Source: the human T2T-CHM13v2.0 reference genome, Homo sapiens. Taken from it: a DNA stretch of 64,000 nucleotides. Below the pieces are notes generated by a model. That model was not told the origin of the DNA. It worked only from the letters and a program-made list of their open reading frames with translations, and did not search any database. How positions within the stretch are numbered: the stretch's first letter is position 1; every line of letters begins with the position of its first letter. The stretch lies in NCBI RefSeq assembly GCF_009914755.1, contig NC_060925.1. One strand, 5' to 3'. Made by a program: the position numbers and the translations under genes. Below, piece by piece: positions 1-18,680 of the stretch.

Positions 1-173
<173 letters not shown>

Positions 174-330
174 TCACTCCACGCTTTGAGCCCTCCTGGA
201 GGTGCTAGACCTCTGGAGAGAGAAACAGACACATAAAAGGGCAGAAATGTCTCAGTGGTGACACACTGTGGAATCCTGCCCACAACCAGCACACTTTGAC
301 CCACTCCTCTAAACCCTAGGCCACTGCTCA

Positions 331-675
<345 letters not shown>

Positions 676-1266
676 TTAAGAATGAGGATAGACAAGGACG
701 GGCACCCCATTTCGTTTTGTGGTGCCTCTACTTGCAAGTGGTTGTGTAAATGGAAGGGCATGCCCCATTTTCTCAAACTCCAGCTGGTTACACATTAGGT
801 CTATTCCCGTGCACATTTCAAACTGAGAGGCAAATTACATCAAGGAAAATTTGGAGCCTGAAGGTCAGCCTACAACTAACTATAAAGTTCCCAAGTTCGC
901 TATCTCTCTTCTTTCTTTTCTGCTTGCCTTAAGTCTGCTGTAACTTTTCTACTGAGATAAAATCCACTGTTTGCATCCAACCACTTCTTTTTGGTTTTGT
1001 TATTGTTTGCAAACTGGTGAGTTTGTGTTAATATCTCACGGCTAGAGTTCTGAAGTAAAAGCTATAGGATCTTTGTATGTGTGTGTATGTGTGTCTTTAC
1101 ATATATGTATCCATATTTTCTTATATGGTTTTGGCCACAAGGTACCAAACTGCCTTAAAGAGTACTCAAAAAGTAAATAATAAGCCCAATTCCTTGAACT
1201 TGAAAAGTATTTGGGCTTATTATTTACTTATTTTACTTAAGTCATAAGACTTAAGTAAAATCTTTA

Positions 1267-1628
<362 letters not shown>

Positions 1629-1676
1629 CAAACTATTGTTGGTAAAGTAATATTAGAAATGTCTTAAGAATGTCAG

Positions 1677-1983
<307 letters not shown>

Positions 1984-2341
1984 TCAGCATACATTTTTGT
2001 TTTCATTAATTGATGAAGAGATTTCATATTTATCCCTGTCAAATACTATGTGGTGTCAAAATTTGGCCTAAGGGTTATTAAATTAAACCCAGCCCAAAAG
2101 AGAATGATCGTTGCTTGAGTAATTTTTGATAAATAAGACATTAATATTGATTTAATGAAAACAGCTAAAACTTGAATTGTTTAGTGAAATGACTGTATAT
2201 TTAATTTTATGGTTCTTACTTAGATAAACACTTGAAATTCACAAGATATAAAATGGTTGACAGGGAAATAACTTTAAATGATGACCATTGCAGTTTTCAT
2301 AAATAATCTAGGTAAACTATTAAAATAAAATAATTAGGTAA

Positions 2342-2645
2342 GGCCAGGCATGGTGGCTCACACCTGTAATCCCAGCAATTTGGAAGGCGAGGCAGGTAGA
2401 TCACCTGAGGTCAGGAGTTCAAGACCAGCCTGGCCAACATAGTGAAACGCCATCTCTTCTAAAAATACAAAAATTAGCTGGACATGGTGGTGAGCACCTG
2501 TAATCCTAGCTACTCAGGAGGCTGAGGCAGAAGAATCACTTGAATCTGGGAGGTCGAGGTTGCAGTGAGTTGAGATTGCACCACTGCATTCTAGGCTGGA
2601 TGACAAGAGCGAAACTCTGTCTCAAAATATAAAATGAAATAAAAT
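2342..2645 (+). mobile_element. Alu
   Basis: Dimeric Alu consensus. Confidence 0.9.
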
Positions 2646-3135
2646 AATGTGGTAAATGTAATGGGATAAATATTTCTAGACAAACATAATTTACAATCTA
2701 AAGTTATTTTAAATTAAATAATAGATATTTCATTAAATGGGTATTTTCCAATTAAAATATGTATATATAGTACGATAACATTCTTTCTAAAAAATGTGTG
2801 TACTTGTTAAAAGGTGAATAATTTTTGTCTAATTCAAAGCTTATTTAAAGATTATGCATAAAACAAGGTAAAAGGAACTAGAAAATAAGAGAGATGTAAA
2901 GAAAATTATAGAAATAAAGAGGTATTTTTTGGTAAGAAGGCTTAAAGAAAAATAATTTTATATGAGAAAAAATCTTGTATAATAAATTTCTGTCCTAGAA
3001 TAAAATGACTGGTTGTTTAAGAAAGAGGGATGTTCAGGTCAAACCAGAAAGTCTAAGCATATCATGAATGGTCTGTGTAAGTCATAATAAGATTTATGGA
3101 AAAAACTTTTATATGATCAAGTTGTCTATAATTGA

Positions 3136-3471
<336 letters not shown>

Positions 3472-4142
3472 TAAATAATTAGAACAATAAAATTTTCTTA
3501 AGGTATTGCTTTACTGTTAATAAAATTACAAGACATTATACTTTTATTATGCAAAGTTCAACTTTTATTTCTGTTTTCAGCTTTCTCCTCCTCTTTTAAA
3601 TGGCCTAAAATAATAGCTCTATCCTTCAACTCACTTTCAGCTCCTGTTTTTTTTTCCTTGGGTTCTAATGATTGTGGCCTGATGCTAAAAATGTTTTATC
3701 TTAAAGGTCTAAAGGAAATGTTTCCTTCCAACATAATATTCTGTGCTCTCAGCTTTAAGTTGTTCTATGGATCCAAAAATTTTCACTTATGATGCAGGAA
3801 ACACTCTTCCTATGTCTAACTAATTCAAGTACCCTTTACATGAGTTTTGAATTGCAGTTACCTAAATGGACTCCTTATAGGGAACAGCAGTCACACCACT
3901 GAAGGTTTGTTCCCTATGGGGAGTCCATTTAGATAACTACAAGTTTTGACTCCTTAATGGTGCTTGCAAAAACTTACAGTTATCTAAATGGACTCCCCAG
4001 AGGGAACAGCAGTCACACTGCAGTTGCCTTTGGGTAACTGACCTAACAAACAGATTTTACGCTTTATTGAAATAATTCCTGTGTAATTATTATGAAGTTT
4101 TTGTTTGCTTAGAATAAATTGAGATTTTAAAAAATTAATTAA

Positions 4143-4469
<327 letters not shown>

Positions 4470-6012
4470 TGTACTTTCAAAGTCCCTGTGTCATTAAGTT
4501 ACAGGGCTTTGACTCCTGCATCTAAAAAGAACACCAAGTCCTGCTAAATCTTAACTACTGGCAGCAATTAAAGCCTCATCTTCAGACCCTGTAGAAGATG
4601 CCAATCAAAATAAACCACATTCATGAGACACAGGGCCAGCAATAAAAACTATTCAACTCCTCAAGGCCCAGGGACTATCGTGGAAGAGGTGGGCATGTGA
4701 GATTGTAAGGGTCGATTTTGAGAGATAAAATAAGTTCAGTTTCTCTATAAATTAACCATCCTTATCAAAGGCACACTGATGCAAGACCAGCATATGGGCC
4801 CCTGTGTCCAATTAACAAGGTTTTCTTGGAGCATTAACTTACTCCTTCATAAAAGATTGTAAAGGTTATAAAAAGGCTCATGGAAATTATATCTTATGGT
4901 CAAGATGATTAAAATTGTATAGATTGTTTATAAAATTTTGAGAAACAAATTTAATTGGCCTCATTCTGTCATTATTAGGGTTTATTGTTTGGGAAATTAA
5001 GTCTCTCTCAAAGAATGAAGGTTTTTGCCTTTTTTTGAAAGCTTTATTACTTTCTCAAAATGAATGACTTATTTTACAAAGATTTGTGATCCTATTTTGT
5101 GATGTGAAGTGTTTTAAACTTTTTTATATTTGACAAACTTTCCAAAATCAAATTCTAACTATGGTCTTCATTAATTTTTTTATACTAGTGTCCTGAAGTC
5201 CAAAAGAGACATATTGAGCTTATTCAATATAATAATATTGTACAGAAAGTATTGTCAAATATGAAACAGTGTTTAACTTTCTTTGGATTACATTTATATA
5301 AATGTGCTGTTAGTATGTGTTCTAGAATTTTCTGAAATTCCTGTGATTCTGTTATGTCTTAGCATATCTTGCCAGTAATAATTAAGATTATTGTGTAAAA
5401 TTGTTGTATGCCACAGAAGTAGCCAAATTTCCTTGTCAATTGTGTCTTTTTGACTGTTCTAAGACTTGTGTTTTACTTTTATCCTTTTCAAAAGGTGGTT
5501 TTATAATCAGCAGAGGACTCTCACAGGTGCTTCTGAATGCAGGTTTCTGATAACTTTGGAGATTGTGACTCTAGAATAGAGGAAACACTTCCAAGACTTC
5601 CATGGAGAGCTAAATTGTTCATGAATATCAAGCAGAACAGGAGTTAATTGCATAGACTGAACTAATAGATAACTGAAGTAACCCTTTTATGACTTATTGC
5701 TTAAAATGTTTGATCCTTTGTTTTTCAGAACCAAGAAAACTTCTCTTTTGAGCTATTTACAGCTGTTAATAATTCAGTAAAGTCTACTTCTATAAACAAC
5801 ATTTGGAGCATATTTCTCTCTACCTGATTTCTCCAAAATGTGGAAACTAGATGTGAGTATTCTTAACTTATGACAATATAGTTATTTGCATAAGTGCAAT
5901 AAGAATCTGTTTTCTTTTGTAACAGGACCCAATTGGAGACACTGGTTATTTTACCAAGGTTTTGACTGGAATGGCATGTTTTCAGATATAGGCTCCTTTA
6001 AACAATCAAATT

Positions 6013-6326
<314 letters not shown>

Positions 6327-7207
6327 TCAAAGTTGACTTACAGAGTCAATAAAAGCCCCTTGGGAAAGCTGGACTCATACCTTGTCTACACAGTCCCTGT
6401 ACAGGTTCCTGACCTGTGGTAACTAAAGAATGTCACTTTCTGACAGGCCCAGGAGTCCCAAGTTTTCTTGGGACCTTGAGGTGAGGAAATCACCCAATTA
6501 ATACAGGTATTTACAGGCACAGGCTTGGCTTAAGGCATTAAAGTTGAACCTGAGATTCCTTATGGGATAAAGTTCCAGCAAAGCCAATTAAAAAAGGGGG
6601 GGAGCCTATATGGCAAATAATTATTCTTGCTGATTTATGCAAATACTCTGGCCAAGTATAAGACGACTAAAACTTATTTTGAAGATGAATTTGACCTATG
6701 AATTGTCTTTAGTGAGAATGGAACTGGAGATAGAAAAATTATGTTTCAAAATAAACTATAGTACACCTGTTGTTAGAGTCTAGTCTTGCCTAATGTTTTT
6801 CAATTTTTATTATTTTCTACAGTTTGGACTGAATTCTTAAATTTTCCAGGCTAAAAGTCTACAAAGTAATGTTTTCCTTTTTTTCCTTCTTTCCTTTCCT
6901 TTTCCCTCCTATTTTTCCTTATTTGAAATCACTAAAAATTAAGCTGTGCTTTCTTAAAGCCCTGTAAACTAAAGCCAGACAACTTAAACTTCAGAAGAGA
7001 ATAATGGCAACCTATTTGCATACATAAACCACTTTTATACCTGCCTGCTGATGTATGGACTTAAGAGTAGTATGGCCTATATTGATTTTCCAGAATTGTT
7101 CTTTGTTTCTTTTTGTTTGTTTGTTGTTGTTTTTCTCCCTTCTTCCTCCTATTTTCTCTTTGTAGGATGTGAGACTCCACAATCTGCTAAAAATGAGCTT
7201 TCCTAGT

Positions 7208-7615
7208 TGTCATGTGCATCCGTGTGAAGAGACCACCAAACAGGCTTTGTATGAGCAATAATGCTGTTTATTTCACCTGGCTGAGGCAGGCTGAGGCCGA
7301 AAAAGGAGTCAGCAAAGGGAGATGGGGTGGGGCAGTTTTATAGGATTGGGGTAGGTAGTGGAAAATTACAGTTAAAGGTGGTTATCTCTTGCGGGCAGGG
7401 GTGGGGGTCACAAGGTGCAGGGTGGGGAGATCATGAGACTCATTGTCCAGCGGGGGAATGTCACAAGGTTGACTGATTAGTTGGGCTGGGGTAGGAAGAA
7501 ATCACAATGGTGGAATGTCATCTTTTGTGGTTCTTCAGTTGCCCCAGGCCATCTGGATGTATACGGGCAGGTCACAGGGGTTATGATGGCTTAGCGTGGG
7601 CTCAGAGGCCTGACA
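7208..7615 (-). mobile_element. HERV-H 3' LTR (LTR7 family, resembles LTR7C)
   Basis: TGTCAGGCCTCTGAGCCC...TATAAAA...AATAAA...CACATGACA, preceded by the purine tract AATATAAAAAGACAGGAA. Confidence 0.92.
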
Positions 7616-7619
7616 TTCC

Positions 7620-8780
7620 TGTCTTTTTATATTAATAAGAAAAACAAAATGAAATAGTGGTGAAGTGTTGGGGCGGCGAAAATTTTTGAGGGTGGTATGG
7701 AGAGATAATGGGTGATGTTTCTCAGGGCTGCTTCGAGCAGGATTGGGGCAATGTGGGAAACTTGAGTGGGAGAGATTAAACTGAAGAAAGATTTTGGGGT
7801 AAGGGGTAATATTGTGGAGTTATTAGAAAGAGCATTTGTATAGAATGATTGGTGGTGGCCTGGATGCGGTTTTGTATGAATTGAGAGATTAATCAGAAGA
7901 CACAAGGCCTGAATAAGAGAAAGAGGAAGATAGGTATCAGACTAACGATCGGAAGAAGCCAGGATACCCAGTTAGAGAGTGGCCAGGTGGGTCCAGTTTA
8001 ATCAGTTGTCTGAGTAGCGAGTTTTTGAGCTCTATCCTTGAGTGTTTTTTTTTTTTCTTTTGTCATATACCAGGCCAGATTGATTTAGGTAAAAACAACA
8101 CTCTTCATTTAAAAATATACAGAGTCCCCTTTTTTTAGCAGTGAGTACGTCAAGGCCTCAGTGGTTTTGGAGGAAAGAGAAATGCAAAGCCAGCAATTGT
8201 TTGTTAAAGAAGGATTAGAAATGGCTAGGAGAGAGTGAGTAAGATTGATAGTGTGGTGGAGATAGCTGGGGAGAGGTAGAGGGTGGCATAAGAACGGGAA
8301 CAAGAATAAGAGGGAGTATAAAAGTAAATAATAGGACTTTATCAGGGTGAAAGTGTCAGAGGGTGCCCTGTCAGCAAAGATCATCTATCCACTCCAAGAA
8401 GGAGTCAAGAGTGGCAGATTGGGGATAGTACCAGGAGATATCCACTATGATGGTTTGGAGGAAAAGTGTAGACCAGCAGTGTAAACAGGGGCAGGGCATT
8501 TATGAGTAGTTGAAAATGGTGAATAGGAGTATGACTGGACAGAAGAGAGTAGGGATGACTAGTTTTTGGGGTGCAGTCCAAGTTGGGGGGTGACTGCATA
8601 AAGCCCTGTTGCAAAGAGTAGGGTAAGGAAGAAGAGACCTAATAAGAATGAAAGGATGTGTTAGGATTATAAGGGTTACTATTATCCTTTAGGAATGTGA
8701 GTGAGTTTAAGGGAAGTAGGGGTGAGTACTTGCAACTTCCAGGAGGAAGAGGAGAGATCAGGCTGGCTGTCTGATGGACA
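7620..8780 (-). pseudogene. HERV-H env remnant with large internal deletion
   Basis: SU motif NCWLC is joined almost directly (~8170) to the TM segment [31 protein letters not shown] (immunosuppressive domain containing a stop, then CX6CC). Confidence 0.85.
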
Positions 8781-8804
8781 CAGCTTTATTCTGGATCAGT
8801 GAAC

Positions 8805-11800
8805 CTAATGGGGAGGGTCCTGCAGGCAGATGGTACGTAGGGTACTATAGATGACTAAGTAGGGTCTGGTCCATCGAGGTTGTAGAGTTTGAGGGGTCAG
8901 ATTCTTAACAAGAACTGATCGTCCAGCTAGGGTGTCTTCATGTGGCTGGGAATCTGGAGTAGGCAAAAGAAGATTAGCAGCCTGGCGAATTTTCTGTCTA
9001 GCCTGCTGGAGGACTGGAAGATAGTCACCTAGAGGGCTGGTGTCTGGGATGAAGTTGGGGCCGAGCAAGAAAGTGCATCCATATAAAAGTTCAAATGGAC
9101 TGTACATCTTGAGGACAGGCTCTAATTCTGAGAAGGGCAAGAGGTAAAAGTACTGTCCAGTCCTTTTTAAGTTGGAGGCTGAGCTTGGTGAGGTGTGTCT
9201 TTAAAAGACCATTAGTCCATTCTACCTTTCCTGAAGATTGAGGACAGTAAGGGGTATGAAGTTTCCACTGAATACCAAGGCCGGTCCATTATCGGACTGT
9301 ATAGAGGTGGGAAGGCCAAACCAAGGAATTATGTCTGACTGAAGGGAAGAAATGACTGTGGTGGCCTTCGAAGACCCTGTGGGAAAGGCCTCTACCCATC
9401 CAGTGAAAGTGTCTACCCAGACCAAGAGGTATTTTAGTTTCCTGACTTGGGGCATGTGAGTAAAGTCAATTTGCCAGTCCTGGGCAGGGGCAAATCTCCG
9501 AGCTTGATGTGTAGGGAAGGGAGGGGGACTGAGAAATCCCTGAGGAGTAGTAGAATAGCAGATGGAACACTGAGAAGTGATTTCCTTGAGGACAGATTTC
9601 CACGATGGAAAGGAAATGAGAGGTTCTAAGAGACAGGCTAGTGGCTTGTAACTTACATGGAAGAGGTTATGAAATGACAACAGAATGGAATGGGCCTGTG
9701 AGGCTGGAAGGAGATATTTTCCTTGGTCCAAGAACCATTTGCCCTGAGTGGGGAGTGATTGATAGGTAGAAACTTCAGTGGGAGAATAAGTAGGAGTGAC
9801 TGATGAGAAGGAGAAAAACTGGTCATGAGGGACAGAAATAGGAATACTGGCTGCATCTTTAGCTGTCTTATCAGCAATGGGGTCTGAGGCCCTTTGATGG
9901 CCTTTGCAGTGAAGGACTCCAGCTTCCTTTGGAAGTAAAGCGGCCTTGAGAAGAGTTTTTATTAAAGAGGCATTAATGATGGAGGACCCTTGAATAGTGA
10001 GGAAACCTCTTTCAGCCCATATAACAGCATGGTGGTGCAGGATATGGAAGGCATATAAAGTCAGTATAAATATTGATGCGTAGTCTTTTTGCAAGAGTGA
10101 GGGCTCAAGTTAAGGCAATGAGTTCGGCTTGCTGAGAGGTAGTGGAATAGGGCAGAGTGGTGGCCTCAATGATAGATGTGGAAGATACTATAGCATAGCC
10201 TGCCTTTGCTGGTGAGTGGCAATTATGCATGGTGGAACTGCCATCAATAAACCAAGTGTGATCAGGGTGAGGGACAGGAAAGAAGGAAATATGGGGAAAT
10301 GGAGTGAATGCCAGGTGGATCAGAGAGATACAGTCATGGGGGTCAGGTGTGGTATCAGGAATAATGTGGGGTCCAGCCTAAAACAGTAAGGTCAAGTTGT
10401 TTGGACAGAAAGGCTACAGGACATGGTCCCAGCTCTTGTGTAAGAATTCCAACCGCACAGCCCTATGCTTTGGCTGTATGTAATGAAAGAGGGTTGGGAT
10501 GAGTTAGGGACAGCTAGTGTGGGAGCAGTTTCTCAAGCTGCTTTCAAGGAATGGAAAGAGGAGTGGGGAAAGGATTTAGGATCTATGGGGTCAGCTAGTT
10601 TTCTATTTGTGAGTTTATATAATGGTTTTGTTAGGATGGCAAAACCAGGTATCCAAACGCAAAAGTATCCAACCATGCCCAGCAAGGAAAGGAGTTGTTG
10701 CTTTGTAGAAGGGGTTGGGGTTTGAGAGATCAGCCAGACACAATTGGCAGGGAGAGCATGCGTGTTTTCATGAAGAATTATGCTGAGGTAGGTAATGGAT
10801 GGAGAAGAAATTTGAGCTTTGGAGGGGAATACCCGATATCCCTTGGAGAATAAATGTTGAAGGAGCAGGAGGGTGTCTTGTTGAGAAGATTCAAAGGAAG
10901 GGCTACAAAGTAGAAGGTCATCAATATATTGAATAAGGTGAGAAGCAGAGTGGTGGAAAGAAAGTAAACCATGAGAAAGAGCTTGGCTGAAGTAATGAGG
11001 GCTGTCCCTGAAGCCTTGTGGAAATACAGCCCAGGTAAGTTGCTGAGAATGATTGGTGTCAGGGTCAGTCCAAGTAAAAGCAAAGAGAGGCGGGATGAAG
11101 GGTGCAAAGGAATAGTAAAGAAAGCATCTTTGAGATCCAGAACCGAATAATGGGTTGTGAAGGGAGGTATTGAAAATAGGAGAGTATATGGGTTTGGCAC
11201 CATGGGGTGGATAGGCAAGACAATTTGGTTGATAAGGCACAGATCCTGAACTAACCTGTAAGACTTGTCTGGTTTTTGGACAGGTATAATGGGGGAATTG
11301 GAAGGAGAGTTTATAGGCTTTAGAAGCCCATGCTGTAGCAGGTGAGTGATAACAGGCTTTAGTCCCCTTAAAGCCTGTCGTGGGATGGGATGCTGGCACT
11401 GAGTGGAGTAAAGTTGATTAGGTTTTATTGGGATAGTAATGGGCATGTGATCGGTTGCCAGGGAGGGAGTAGAGGTGTCCCATACTTGTGGGTTAAGTTG
11501 GGGGGGGATACAAGAGGAAGACACAAAGGAGGCTTTTGGTTGGGGAGAAGGGCAGCAATGAGATGTGGCTATAAGTCCAGGAATAGTCAGGGTAGCGGAT
11601 AATTTTGTTAAAATGTCTTGACCTAATAAGGGAACTGGGCAGGTGGGGATAACTAAAGAGGAGTGCATAAAAGAATGTTGTCCAAGTTGGCACCAGAGTT
11701 GGGGAGTTTTAAGGGGTCTAGCAGCCTGGCCATCAATACCCACAACAGTTATGGAGGCAAGGGAAACAGGCCCTTGAAAAGAAGGTAATGTGGAGTGTGT

Positions 11801-11893
11801 AGCCTCCATATTGATTAAGAAGGGGACGGACTTACCCTCCACTGTAAGGGTTACCCAAAGCATCTGTGATGGTCTAGGAGGCTTCTGAGGCAA
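8805..11893 (-). pseudogene. HERV-H pro-pol remnant (protease, RT, RNase H, integrase), frameshifted
   Basis: Protease with DTG decayed to INMEAT; RT motifs VLDLKDAFF, PQGFRDSP and YIDDLL; RNase H HCKGHQ; integrase HHCC (HNLFH..CSIC), WQIDFTHMP, DTFTGW and SDNGPA; split over several frames. Confidence 0.92.
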
Positions 11894-12017
11894 TCAGGCA
11901 GTGTCACTCTTCAGCCACTGAGCTGAGGAGATCTGGGAAGGAGTCAGTCCGAGAGCCTTGGGCTAGAGTTCCAGGGGCTACAGGAGTGGCTGCTGGGCAA
12001 GTTGGACAGTCTGATTT

Positions 12018-13149
12018 CTAGTGGGGTCCTGCACAGATGGGACACGGCTTAGGAGGAATCCCGGGCTGCGGGCATTCCTTGGCCTGGTGGCCAGATTTCT
12101 GGCACTTGAAGCAAGATCCTGGGGGAGGAGGTCCTGGAGGAACGCCTGGCCACTGCGGTTTAGGTGTTTTGAAGTTCTTGTGTGCTGGAGATGTGGCTGG
12201 GGTTTCTCTCACAGCGGAGGCAAGTAATTGCAACTCAGAAATAGGTTGCCACTTGGCTGCCTCTTCTCTATTACTGCAGACCTTGAAGGTGAGGTTAATT
12301 AAGTCCTGTTGTGGGGTTTGAGGGCCAGAATTTAATTTTTGGAGCTTTTTCTAATGTCAGGAGTGGACTGAGTGATAAAATGCATATTGAGAATTAGTCA
12401 GCCTTCTAGCCCCTCTGTGTCTAGGGCAGTAAGGCATCTAAGGGTTGTTGCCAAATGGGCCATGAACTGGGCTGGGTTTTCATATTTGATTAAAAAAAGC
12501 CTAAACACTAACTGATTTGGGAGAGGTCGGATGAAGAAAAAGGAGCATTAACCTTGACTGTGCCTTCAGCTCTAGTCACCTCTCTAAGAGGAAATTGTTG
12601 GGCAGGCTGGGGAGGGCTAGTCGCAGAACAAAACTGTAAGCTGGACCGGGTGTGAGGAGAGGAGGTGATAGAAGGATTATAGGGTGGGGGAGCGGAGGCT
12701 GAGGAAGAATTGGGACCTCGAAAGGAGCAGCCTGGGAAAGAGGGGAGAGGTCAGATGGGTTCATAGAAAAGGAGGATTCAAAGGACCCACAGCTTGGGGT
12801 GGAGACTGAAGGAACAGACAGGAGAAAAAGAAGAAAGATTTGGGATGAGTTGCATTAGGAGCAGAGGCTAGGGAGGGACCGATGTGTAAAAGAATGCCTG
12901 GACGTCAGGCACCTCAGACCATTTGCCCATTTTTCGACAAAAATTATCTAGCTCTTGTAGGATGGAGAAACTGAAAGTGCCATTTTCTGGCCATTTAGAG
13001 CCATTTTCAAGTTTGTATTGGGGCCTAGCAGTATTGCAGAAGAAAATAAGGCATTTAGGTTTTAGGTCAGTTGTGAGTTGAAGGGGTTTTAAGTTTTTTA
13101 GAACACAGGCTAAGGGAGAAGGAGGAATGGAGGGAGGAAGGTTGCCCAC
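12018..13149 (-). pseudogene. HERV-H gag remnant
   Basis: Matrix-like GNLPPS..FFCN..PQYKL..WPENGT, with the start codon present as GTG; zinc knuckle CFKCQKSGHQAKEC; second knuckle CPICAGPH cut by a stop. Confidence 0.88.
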
Positions 13150-13201
13150 AATAAAACGGTAAGTTTAGAGAAAAGAGAGGGTAGAGACACGGAGAGAGGG
13201 G

Positions 13202-13293
13202 GGTGGTACTTCCCGCCCAGAGGAGGTGGTACTTGCCACCCAGGGTAGGTGGTACTTGCCGCCAAGGAGAGGTGGTACTTGCCACCAAGGTGA
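13202..13293. repeat. 4 x 23-nt tandem repeat in the HERV-H leader
   Basis: Units starting GGTGGTACTT at 13202, 13225, 13248 and 13271. Confidence 0.9.
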
Positions 13294-13545
13294 AGGATCA
13301 ACGCAGGTGTCCCCGTGGTGATCAGACACCTCTGAAATGTGGGTGAATAATCAGGCAGGCGTCCCCACAGTGATTAAACACCAAGGGAACACTGTCTTCC
13401 CGAGTCCGTGACCAGCACCGGAGTTTTGGGTCCACGGATAAAATGTGTCTCTTTTGTCTCTACTAGAGAGGAAAAAGAACTGGAATTGGAAGGACAGGGA
13501 GATTGAAGGGTAGTGAGAGAGGCTAGAGAAGAGAGTGAAAAGACC

Positions 13546-13554
13546 GCTTACCCG
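13546..13554 (-). promoter_or_regulatory. HERV-H major splice donor
   Basis: CGG|GTAAGC on the minus strand, ~140 nt downstream of the 5' LTR. Confidence 0.7.
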
Positions 13555-13673
13555 ACTTGAAATTCATGAGATGTTCCTTGGGTTGGTTGGTCTGAGGACC
13601 TGAGGTCGTAGGTGGATCTCCTCACGGAGTGAGGGTGAGGACAGGGGACCAGTCTCCCGAAGCAGTCCTCCTG

Positions 13674-13692
13674 TCCTGGGTCTTCGGCACCA
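13674..13692 (-). promoter_or_regulatory. Primer-binding site (tRNA-Phe-like)
   Basis: TGGTGCCGAAGACCCAGGA, 3 nt after the 5' LTR end. Confidence 0.8.
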
Positions 13693-13695
13693 AGT

Positions 13696-14105
13696 TTTCA
13701 CGCACATCCATGTGAAGAGATCACCAAACAGGCTTTGTGTAAGCAATAAAGCTGTTTATTTCACCTGGGTGCAGGCAGGCTGAGGCCAAAAAATGAGTCA
13801 ACAAAGGGAGATAGGGGTGGGGCAGTTTTATAGGATTTGGGTAGGTAGTGGACAATTACAGTTAAAAGTGGTTATCTCTTGCGGGCAGGGGTGGGGGTCA
13901 CCAGGTGCAGGGTGGGGAAATCCTAAGACTCATTGTCCAGGGGAGAAATGTCACAAGGTTGATTTATTAGTTGGGCTGGGGTAGGAAGAAATCACAATGG
14001 TGGAATGTCATCTTTTGTGGTTCTTCACTTGCTCCAGGCCATCTGGATGTATACGTGCAGGTCACAGGGGTTATAATGGCTTAGCTTGTGCTCAGAGACC
14101 TGACA
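13696..14105 (-). mobile_element. HERV-H 5' LTR (LTR7 family)
   Basis: Direct repeat of 7208-7615; TATAAAA and AATAAA intact. Confidence 0.92.
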
Positions 14106-14147
14106 CTAATAAAATGGGACCTTCCCATCTAGGAATAAACCATCCTA

Positions 14148-14360
<213 letters not shown>

Positions 14361-14381
14361 TCAAAAAGAAAAGGGGGAAAG

Positions 14382-17212
<2,831 letters not shown>

Positions 17213-17363
17213 TGTTGTGGTCTGAACGTGTCTCCCAAAATACATGTGTTGAAAAAAATCTCCAATGGAATGGTATTGAGAAGTGTGGCCTTTGGGGAGG
17301 TATTTAGGTCATGAGGGCTCCGCCCTTATGAATGGGTCAATGCCACTATAAAATGCTTGATAG

Positions 17364-18068
<705 letters not shown>

Positions 18069-18160
18069 CTAGCTTTCAAGGTGCCATCTCGGAAGCAGAG
18101 AGCCAACCTCACCAGATGCCAGAGCCTTGATCTTGGACCTCCCAGCCTCCAGAACTGTGA

Positions 18161-18680
<520 letters not shown>

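Larger units (their letters stand above)
7208..14105 (-). mobile_element. HERV-H provirus, defective, ~6.9 kb
   Basis: Two ~410-bp direct repeats starting TGTCAGG on the minus strand; PBS; gag-pro-pol-env remnants; polypurine tract; 5-bp TSD CTAGT (7203-7207) / CTAAT (14106-14110). Confidence 0.95.

Noticed and set aside
8805-11893. Long retroviral ORFs (290, 288 and 371 aa) as functional or domesticated proteins
   Set aside because: Each drifts in and out of the pol frame, the protease catalytic Asp is lost, and the integrase core is frameshifted after SDNGPA
13202-13293. Regularly spaced repeats resembling a CRISPR array
   Set aside because: Head-to-tail units with no unique spacers, inside a eukaryotic ERV leader
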